From Octopus sinensis (Eukaryota), in contig NW_021834978.1 of the NCBI RefSeq assembly GCF_006345805.1, positions 1-43,828 on the forward strand: DNA of 43,828 nt, read 5' to 3'. The first letter of the stretch is position 1. Every line of letters starts with the position of its first letter. Under the pieces are notes generated by a model. It made no database searches, was not told where the DNA came from, and worked only from the letters and a program-made list of their open reading frames with translations. The position numbers and the translations under genes are program-made. Below are positions 34,851 to 43,828 of the stretch, one piece after another.

Positions 34851-36127
34851 TGAGGGCAAGCTGAAAATTTCACAGGTTGACCAAGATACTTTCATTAAAT
34901 TTGACTAAATGAGGTTTATTTTTCAACATAGGCCTCCCGCCCTTGCGGTTTACTCAGTTCTTCCATTGGTGTTGCAGTGCTTGGATCCCATTGATAAAGA
35001 ACCTTTCATCTTGTTGCTCAAAAATGTCGACATCAGATATGTCATCATCACTGCAATACTGGTTTCCAGCCAGGTGTTTTTTCACGATGGGGAACAGATG
35101 ATAGTCAGATGGGGCCAAAATCAGTAGAATAGGGAGCGGGGAATGATCAGCTAGTTCAAAGCCACAGTCACGCACAGAAGTCATTGAAACCAAGGACTTG
35201 TGTACTGGAGTGTTGTCCTGGTGAAACAAGACCCCTTTTGTCAGTTTCCCTGGGCGTTTGGTATTGATAGCCTTTCGTAACTGCCTCAGCAAAATGGCAT
35301 AGTACTCTCTATTGATGATGTGGCCCTTTTGAAGATGGTCAGAAAACACAGTACCTTTTGCATCCCAAATGACTGAGGCCATCACTTTCCCTGTAGACGA
35401 AACAACCTTGACCTTCTTTTCTGTAAATGAGGAGGGGTGTTTCCACTGCATGGATTGACTCTTCGTCTCTGGCTCAAAGTGATGAACGCAATACTCATCC
35501 TGACTTAAAGGAAACCATGTGGATCTGCCTCAGACAATGTCAGATTTTCCCTTGATGTGAGCCGCAGTGGTGCGTTTTTTATCAGATGTCAGAAGACGTG
35601 TCACCCAACTAGCAGAAACCTTTGTCATGTCAAGTTCATTGTGAAGAATATTCTCAAGTCTCTCACGGATATGCTAATAGCATTGTCTATTTGAATTATA
35701 GGCTATCGCCTGTCATCCATCACCATATGGTGAATATGATCAATGTTTTCTTCGGTGGTGGAAGTTGCAAGACGTCCAGACCTTGAGACACCATCAAAAC
35801 TCTCTCTTCACCTAAATTCAGTTCCCCACTTTTGCACTATTGATAAATTGAAGCATCACCCCGAAATGTAGCAACTATGTCAGCATGATTCTTCTTGGGG
35901 TCTAAACTCTTTTCTGTAGTTATTTAATAATACCATGACGCCAAATTTCGTCCATTTTGAAGAGAAGTCGCTACTTGTTACTTTTGAAGTTTTCTTTGTA
36001 CAATCAGATATCAGTTTACCTGGAAAGAAACAATGCAATTGTTAATAACAAATGTTGAAATGAATGCATTTCACAGCTCTAGTATCACCCCTTCATAGTC
36101 AACCTAATAACTTTTCAGCCACCATCG
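34851..36127 (-). mobile_element. Full-length decayed mariner transposon (DD34D type)
   Basis: TA flanks at 34849-50 and 36128-29; imperfect TIRs (T/C)GA(G/T)GG..GCTGAAAA.TT...AGGTTGAC. The minus-strand ORF remnant has QWKH, GKVMASVIWD, LFHQDNTPVH and LAPSDYHLFP motifs. Confidence 0.9.
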
Positions 36128-36394
36128 TAATTCGTCTTTCCTGGCGTGAAATCTCAAATGACTTTTGAGCTTCGAAAGGTGTTTGAAGATCTAGTCACAA
36201 ATACAGTAGCAATGTCTCATTTCAGCATTGGCTTCATTTTCCATACATTCATACATACATACATACATACATACATACATACATACATACATACATACAT
36301 ACATACATACATACATACGTACACGTGTATGTTTTGAAAAATTCATTATTAATTGCTGGAATCTGGTACGTAAATATTAATGGCTTGTACGGAG

Positions 36395-36440
36395 GCGGTA
36401 TTTCGTTATAGTATATTATGGTTGTATAACGAAATACCGC
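36395..36440. repeat. Perfect 16-bp inverted repeat with 14-nt loop
   Basis: GCGGTATTTCGTTATA / TATAACGAAATACCGC. Confidence 0.95.
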
Positions 36441-36594
36441 GTCATGGAGAATTGCTATTTCGAATGATCTAGCATAACAGTTAACTAATGCTTAGGACTC
36501 CATGTATATCCATTTATATCCAACTTCCAATCAAGTATTAAACACAATTCGTCCTCCAGTATTTGTTATCGTATTATTGTTTAATCAATTCAAA

Positions 36595-37220
36595 GGCGGC
36601 GAGCTGACAGAAACGTTAGCACGCCGGGCGAATTGCGTAGCTGTATTTTGCCTGCCGTTACGTTCTGAGTTCAAATTCCGCCGAGGTCGACTTTGCCTTT
36701 TATCCGTTCGGGGTCGATAAATTAAGTACCAGTTACGCACTGGAGTCAATATAATCGACTTAATCCGTTTGTCTGTCCTTGTTTGTCCTCTCTGTGTGTA
36801 GCCCCTTGTGGGTAGTAAAGAAATAGGTATTTCGTCCGTCTTCGTGTTCTGAGTTCAAATGCCGCCAGGTTCGACGTCTTTACCTTTCATCCTTTCGGGG
36901 TCGATAAATTAAGTAGCAGCTGAACACTGGGATCGATGTAATCGACTATACCCCTCTCCACAAATTCCAGGTCTTGTGCATAAATTATGATGGATTATTT
37001 AATCCCAGGGCGGCAAGCTGGTAGAATCATTGGCACGCTAGGCAAAATGCTTAGCAGTATTTCGTCCGTCTTCACGTTCTGAGTTCAAATGCTGCCGAGG
37101 TCTACTTTGCCTTTCATCCTTTCGGGGTCGATAAAATAAGTACCAGTAGAAAACTGGAGTCGATTACATCGACTTGACTCCGTCCCTGAAATTGCTGGCC
37201 TTGTGCCAAAACTTTAAGCC
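36595..37220 (+). mobile_element. SINE family A dimer (36595-36985) followed by a monomer (about 37008-37220)
   Basis: Heads, B-boxes and cores as in the other copies. Confidence 0.88.
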
Positions 37221-37885
37221 ATTATTTAATCAATCCATTGATGGGATTTCTAACAGGTACAGCCGTCCCGGAGTCAGAACGGACCTGAGAGAGAGAGCAA
37301 TTGTAATTAAGGGTTGACTCCATGCTCCCCACAACTCCAGAACTCTCGAACGGGAGACTTCACTCACCACCGGACGCAGTTGAATACTATAGCCAGGACA
37401 ATACAATCAAATCGCTAAACATCCTCCGCAATCGGCAATGTCAGTCCCACAGTAACCTCGATATTTAACTTCAACAATCCACTCCACTCCAATCCACCTA
37501 CCCATCCCTTAGCCACCCAGGAGCACACCTGTGTGTTGGAGACAATTGTTAAGAAACGCATTAATGAGCGGTTAATCCGTCTGATCGTCTACACCTTTCT
37601 CTCTCTCTCTCTTTCCTTCGTCCCTTCTTTTCTTCCTTTCTTCCTTCCTGCCTTCCTTCCTCCTTTCCTTATTCTAATAATAATGGTTGTGGAGTTGGTG
37701 TTGGTGTTGGTGTTGGGGATGGAAGTGAGGAGGAGACATGAGCAATGCTTAAAGAGTGAGTAGTAAAATGGTTGAAGTATGATGTGTGTGTTTGCATATA
37801 TAAATCTAGATATACAGGTGTGTGCGCGTATGTGTGTGTGTATGTGTGTGCGCGTGTGTATACATACATATAAATATATGTATAT

Positions 37886-38164
37886 ACTCTCCTATTCTTT
37901 TACTTGTTTCAGTCGTTTGACTGCGGCCATGCTGGAGCACCGCCTTTAGTCGAGCAAATCGACACCAGGACTTATTCTTTGTAAGCCTAGTACTTATTCT
38001 ATCGATCTCATTTGCCGAACCGCTATGTTACGAGGACGTAAACAAACCAGCATCGGTTGTCAAGCGATGTTGGGAGCGGACAAGCACAGATACACAAACA
38101 TACACACACACACACACACAGACACACAGACACACACACACACACAGACACACACACACACACA

Positions 38165-38195
<31 letters not shown>

Positions 38196-38348
38196 CAACA
38201 GGCTTTTTTCAGTTTCCGTCTACCAATTCCACTCACAAGGCTTTGGTCGGCCCGAGGCTATAGTAGAAGACACTTGCCCAAGGTGCCACGCAGTGGGACT
38301 GAACCCGGAACCATGTGGTTGGCAAGCAAGCTACTTACCACACAGCCA
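37886..38348 (-). mobile_element. SINE family B, full length
   Basis: Reverse complement starts TGGCTGTGTGGTAAGTAGCTTG (A box)...GGGTTCAGTCCC (B box), has an internal (GT)n, and ends in GGCGGTGCTCCAGCATGGCCGCAGTC...GAAACAAGTAAAAGAATA. Confidence 0.92.
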
Positions 38349-38575
38349 TGACGAACTTGTTGATATGATTGGTGTATCCTGGAGCTTCTATCAATGAATT
38401 TTGAGCGAGGAATTGCGAATGAGAAAAGTCGCAGCAAAATTTGTACTTCGCTTTCTCACGGAAGATCAAAAGAATACGCGTTGTGAACTGAAAGAGCAGT
38501 TGGAAGTTGATCCGGACCTTTTTTTTTTTTTTTTGAAGGTCATCACTGGTGACGAATGATTGTGCTACGGAATTT
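38349..38575 (+). mobile_element. Mariner transposase internal fragment
   Basis: Reads ELVDMIGVSW...ILSEELRMRKVAAKFVLRFLTEDQK...DPDLF..VITGDE, resembling the WVPREL linker and first catalytic Asp. Confidence 0.75.
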
Positions 38576-38654
38576 GCAGATGTGGAAGAGGTGAAGAAAA
38601 AAAAACGACCTCGTATGTATGTATGTATGTATAATAATAAATGCGCCCTTTTAA

Positions 38655-38888
38655 AGCCTAGCCAGGCTCATGGGCCCGGTTTCCCGGTTTTTATAGCGCA
38701 TATGTTCCCCAGCAGGATGGGATGCCAATCCATTGCAGCGTTACTCATTTTTGCCAGCTGAGTGTACTGGAGCAATGTGAAATGAAGAGTTTTGCTCAAC
38801 AACACAACGCGTCGCCCGGTCCAGGAATCGAAACCACAATCTTACGATCATGGTACTAACACCCTAACCACTAAACCACGCGCCTCCA
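38655..38888 (-). mobile_element. SINE family C (CORE-like middle, alternative tail)
   Basis: The reverse complement has the head and core of the 6342 copy but the AAACCGGGAAACCGGGCCCATGAGCC tail of the 30920 copy. Confidence 0.85.
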
Positions 38889-38940
38889 CATGTATGTATG
38901 TGTGTATGTTTGTATGTATGTGTATGTGTATGTATGTGTT

Positions 38941-38978
<38 letters not shown>

Positions 38979-39652
38979 GCATTACACGCACCACACACAC
39001 ACACAAACACACACACACACACCGACACACACACACACTCTCACGCACACACAAAATGGTTATAAAAGGATTTCCTCTCCCAATAACAGTCCAGATTATA
39101 ATAAACGGTTAATTGAGAAAGAAGCAGTTACAGTTTATTTGATTTCAGAGGAGTTGCTGCAAACGACAAAAGCCGGGGAGATAACAATAGGCATCAATAG
39201 GCATTTGGGTGGGCCACAGGCACAACGGTAAATAATCTCTCGCCAACTTAACCGGATTAATTACCATTTATCAAGAAGCAAAATGGGCGATTTTTTTGTT
39301 GTTGATCTTGTAGTCATCATCGCCGTTGTTGTTGTTGTCGTCGTCGTTGTTATTGTTGATGATGATGTTATTACTTTTCTCTCTTTTTTTTTTTATTGAA
39401 TCCGAAAGGATGAAAGACGAAAGTTGACAATCCCGCTGAGGTTAATTTCCGCCTTTTATCCTTTCGATGTCGATAGAATAAAGTACCAGTCAAGTACTGG
39501 GAGAATTAAGGGAGATGTAATCGACTTACTACTGGCCCTCACTTCGAAGTTGCTGACGGTGATTTTAAAAAAACAACAAAAAAGGGAAAATAAAGTAAAA
39601 ATTAAAAAAGAAAAAACAAAAGAAATCCTCCTTCTCCTCCTCCTCCTCCTCC

Positions 39653-39716
<64 letters not shown>

Positions 39717-40018
39717 AGTCAAGACAAAGAGCGCGATTCGATTGTAAGATATTTTATTAGTTGAACGATATTTCAACAGTACGTCTGTCTTTGTCAAGTT
39801 TAAAATAAGAAGTGATAAAAATTCAAAATTACAGAAATTTAAACGAAAAGTATGAACGAGAGCAACCAGCGTCCACACGTTGATGGAATGACATCATTAG
39901 TTTTTAAGTTCCAATTTTATAACAGACGAAAAGAAAAAGACAGAAAAAAAAGACAGAAACAAACAGAAAAAAGAAGACGACAGAAAAAGAGGAAAGGAAA
40001 AGAGAGAAAGAAGAATAT

Positions 40019-40360
40019 TTAATCAAACAGTTTTGTATAAATTTGATGATATTCTCCTGTCTTCTTATTCATTCCTCCAGGGCATGATGTTAATAACCCG
40101 CAAACATATTTCTCCTCATACATTCCGAGAAGTGAAAGTGAAACAGATTGAGAATATTTTCTGAGAATATGAACTTTCAAGTCTTCTTCAAAAGTGCAGC
40201 CGCTTGAAACGAAATGTTCAGCAAGTTCTGTCGAACTACTGTTATTGAGCCTGACGTCGAATCTGTGCCCATTAAAAATTTTGTTTAATTGTTCTGTTGT
40301 ACAAACAACATAAATTAAGTTGTGTTTCGTGCATTGATTGTTAAGTTGTGTTTCGTGCAG
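40019..40360 (-). pseudogene. Penelope-like GIY-YIG endonuclease C-terminal remnant
   Basis: CTKHNLIYVVC..EQLNKIFNGHRFDVR....TELAEHF...CTFEEDLKVHIL....YEEKYVCGLLTSCPGGMN. The YIG segment appears deleted. Confidence 0.7.
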
Positions 40361-40364
40361 CGTA

Positions 40365-40650
40365 CACCAAATGGGAATCTTTACATGTCCCAACTCTATC
40401 TGCGACGATTTCATCTCAATCGAAGGAGAGGGGCTTTCTCCGTCCAGGTTGCGGATCCGTGGAATAAGCGGCCGGACGAGATAGTGAAGATGCCGACGAC
40501 CGCTCGGTTCAAAGTTTCCCTTGACCACAAATGGCCTGAACTCTTTACATGAGCACCACCCTGTACATAACTCCCATGTCCCCTTACATGGCCTTGCTTT
40601 TTGCTTTTTGAGCCAAAAAATTAACTAACTAACTAACTAACTAACAACTT
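40365..40650 (+). mobile_element. CR1/L2-like LINE 3' end with (TAAC)n tail
   Basis: LYLRRFHLNRRRGAFSVQVADPWNKRPDEIVKMPTTARFKVSLD matches the FSxRVxxxWNxLPxxxVxxxxxxxFKxxLD terminal motif; (AACT)n tail at about 40622-40645. Confidence 0.75.
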
Positions 40651-41444
40651 CTGTATAAATCGTAACATTTCTGTTATGATTCTGATGGAATTCACTTCAC
40701 TCATGTTGTTGCCCAATGAACAGGGCTTACCTCTCTTGCTGCTGTTCTTTAAGGTACAGCGTGTAGATAATCCAATGTTCGTTTTCTTGGAGTCAGATAT
40801 AGAGGTCAATAATTATCTTATATTCTTATTCCGTCTAAAGGCTACAATAGGCGGCTGATGAAATATCTGTTTGAAACGAGGATATTTTTTCGCCACATGC
40901 TGGTAACTTTCATGCAACACTTTTGAAATGCCAGCGAAATGTCGGTGCCAGTTAATCACTAAAGGAATTCTGTCATCTGTTGTATTTTATTGTAAATGTG
41001 AACTTTTTATGAAAGATTCGCCAGAAAATTAGGACTTTCCATGAAATGTGCACCAAGAATTCCTATCTCAGCGCGAGAATTTCGGTGGTAAATTTTAATT
41101 TTTCATTGAGAAGTGCGTCAAAAATTTTTTGTTGGATCTCCGAGGCACCAGGAAATCAAAACAATAAATAGTTCTGATATACGGAGATGAAGACATATCA
41201 CCACAGGCAGACAGACAGACACACACACACACATACACACACACACACACACACCACACACACCACACACACACACACACACATACACACACGCACACAC
41301 ATACATAAGGTTAGTATTCGTAGAAAAAGAACTAAATAAACACATATATGCACACACACACATGCGTACAAACATACATGCAACCACATACCTGCACACA
41401 CATACCAGCAAATTCATGTACACACGTATATGCAAATACACATG

Positions 41445-41490
<46 letters not shown>

Positions 41491-41647
41491 TATACACATA
41501 CGCGTGCGCGCAATGTAGATAAGGTCGGCATTCATATAAGAAACAGCCAAATACACATGCTCATACACGTATACATACATGCATACACACACATACATAC
41601 ACACACACACTCACACACACACGCGCGCGCGCGCGTATACATACATA

Positions 41648-42924
41648 TAAGGGTTGGAGAAAATAATGGAAACACCTAGCATCATAACATCATAATTCTG
41701 AAATATCTATAAAACCGTCAAAAGTTTGTTTATTTTTATGTCTTTTGATCTATTATTAGTGTTGCTTAATATGTTTTGCTAAAATTGCTGTTTCTTTTTA
41801 GATATCATCAGAAAAAAGTAATTAAAATTAATTAAAATGACATATCTATTGGACTTTCAAAGAGGTCAAATTGTTGGTGCTTTTATGGCAGGCGTTAGTG
41901 TAACGAAAACAGCCGAAATATTTGGTGTATCAAGAAGTAATATCTCAAAAGTAATGACAGCCTTTGAGAAAGAGGGAAAAACCTCCCGGTCAAAACAAAA
42001 CTCCAGAAGAAAACCAAAACTTTCAGATAGGGACCGTTGGACTCTTACGCGAATTGTTAGAAAGGATCGTAAAAGTAAAGATCTCCAAATTATTGCAGAG
42101 CTTAATGACCGCCTCGAGAAACAAGTTTCCACAAAAACTGTTTGCCTGGAGCTGCATAAAACCGGATTTCACGGGAGGGCTGTAATCAGAAAACCACTAC
42201 TTTCAAGAACAAATGTTGCAAAGCATTTAAAGTGGAGTAAAAACCTACATAACTGTTCCCTAGAGCAATGGAAGAATGTTATTTTCTCGGATGAATCATC
42301 CTTTACCTTATTTCCGACCATGGTTAAGTATGCGTGTGGAGACAGCCAAAAGAAGCATTTGACCCAGACTGCCCTCTTCCAACTGTTAAATATGGAGGAG
42401 GATCTGTGATGATCTGGGGTGTGGTTAGGTGGCTATATCTTGGAAATCCGCCAGCCCAATGGTTTTCTCTTCATGGCAGAAGTAAAAGTCAAGACTATTT
42501 AAGTATTTTATCTGATCAAATTCATGCCATGGTTGCGGAACTGTTTCCGGGGGGAAGCGCGATCTTTCAGGATGATAATGCCACCAACTCACTCAGCTAA
42601 AGTTGTTACTGAATGGCACGAGGAACATTCTAGTGAATTTGAACATCTTATCTGGCCACTACAGTCCCCAGATATCAATATTATTGAACATTTCAGGTGG
42701 ATTTTAGAAAAACAAGGAATCGATATCCTCCATCATCTCCACAAAAACTGGAGACTGTTTTAGATGAAGAATGGACAAAAATTCCTTTGGAAACAATTCA
42801 AACTTTGTACGAGTCATACCTCGTAGAATTCGAGCTGTAATTACTGCCAAAGGCGGTCCTACCCCATATTAAAATAAATTTGTTTGAAATTTTAAGGTGT
42901 TTCCATTATTTTGTCCAACCCCTG
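41648..42924 (+). mobile_element. Full-length Tc1-like transposon, frameshifted transposase, apparent DD36E triad
   Basis: TA flanks; TIRs of about 30 bp CAGGGGTTGGACAAAATAATGGAAACACCT (left copy with 3 substitutions). Transposase from ATG 41837 with HTH, IFSDES, GGGSVMIWG, FQDDNAP and WPLQSPDINIIE, split by at least two frameshifts. Confidence 0.93.
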
Positions 42925-43748
42925 TATATGTACACACACACATTAAAGACAGCATTCATACAAGAAACAGCCAAATACACACACACAGACACACACAGAC
43001 AGACAGACACACATACACAGACAAAAACACACACACATTGACACACACACACACACACTCTCCTTTTCACACATACACACACACACACACATACATACAT
43101 ACATATAAAAACTGATGCCGTCACAGGTACTTATTTCAACATCTCTTTACACAGTCACACATATACTCACACATCATTAGTGAACACGCTTACACTCATA
43201 TAAGCACACACTGTCTCCTCTCCCCGCATTCACATCATGTCCAATGGCTGCAAAAGTCGGTGACATGTCCCTGTGAGTCTCTCATCTCCAGTTGACCACG
43301 TTTGCCGTGAACAGTATCATACATCGATGAAGGCCTATTAAACATTGGTCATTAAACTAGTTCAGTTGCGTTGTACCGAATGACTTCAATGAGATCAGCC
43401 AGCATCTGCGTACTACTGGTGGCACGCACATATACACACATATATATACATGTTTATAAGTACGTATGTACGTGTGTATGTGTGTATATACATATATACA
43501 TACATATACATACATACATACATACATATGTATGTATGTATGTATGTATGTACGTATGTATGTATGTATGTATGTATGTACTGTGTTTTTTATTGCCTAT
43601 TTACTGCACGCTCACACGGACTCCGTCCTTCTAACTCTTTTGGAGTACCTGATTTATGGATCTCTCTCTACCATTGAAGTACGTCACTTTATTCATTCAG
43701 AGTACACCATTTCTGCACTTTTGATTCTGAATATTTATGTGTATTATA

Positions 43749-43790
<42 letters not shown>

Positions 43791-43795
43791 TGTGT

Positions 43796-43828
<33 letters not shown>

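Noticed and set aside
35100-35160. Apparent DD36D spacing in the mariner ORF
   Set aside because: It is explained by small insertions disrupting the HPPYSPDLAPSD motif; the ancestral state reads as ordinary DD34D.
40855-40950. CTGATGA and downstream GCTGGTA/TGCCAGC-GAAATGTC
   Set aside because: The two core halves cannot be assembled into one fold with matching stems; at best it is a heavily deleted relic.
43323-43365. TCGATGA-AGGCC...GGTC..AAACTAGTT hammerhead-like string
   Set aside because: Both core halves are mutated and there is no stem I, so it is too degenerate to call.

Overview
Eukaryotic, AT-rich, microsatellite- and transposon-dense DNA. It is most likely from an octopus or other coleoid cephalopod, inferred from the tRNA-derived SINE families and repeat landscape, not from a database search. 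The only host protein-coding gene I can support is an NK-class homeobox gene of the Not/Noto family on the + strand. Two exons (16377-16605, 17949-18612) splice in frame to give an intact 60-aa homeodomain followed by acidic and Ser/Asn low-complexity tails; the first exon is not securely identified. The rest is three families of tRNA-headed SINEs (many copies, some as tandem multimers), two copies of a Tc1-like element with apparent DD36E spacing, one full-length decayed mariner plus a fragment, two LINE 3' ends, two Penelope-like GIY-YIG remnants, a Helentron-type non-autonomous element in the homeobox intron, and two long-TIR MITEs with 8-bp TSDs. The most notable signals are: a set of type I hammerhead-ribozyme folds, several with a CCGANGA (U4C) core; a 43-bp near-perfect intronic hairpin; a W56M homeodomain change that looks like a compensated micro-indel; a 6-nt direct repeat at both homeobox splice junctions; a MITE carrying telomeric repeats; and a 133-bp templated insertion. 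Most six-frame ORFs listed are microsatellite artefacts. All alignments and folds were done by eye, and repeat boundaries are approximate unless TSDs or TIRs are given.
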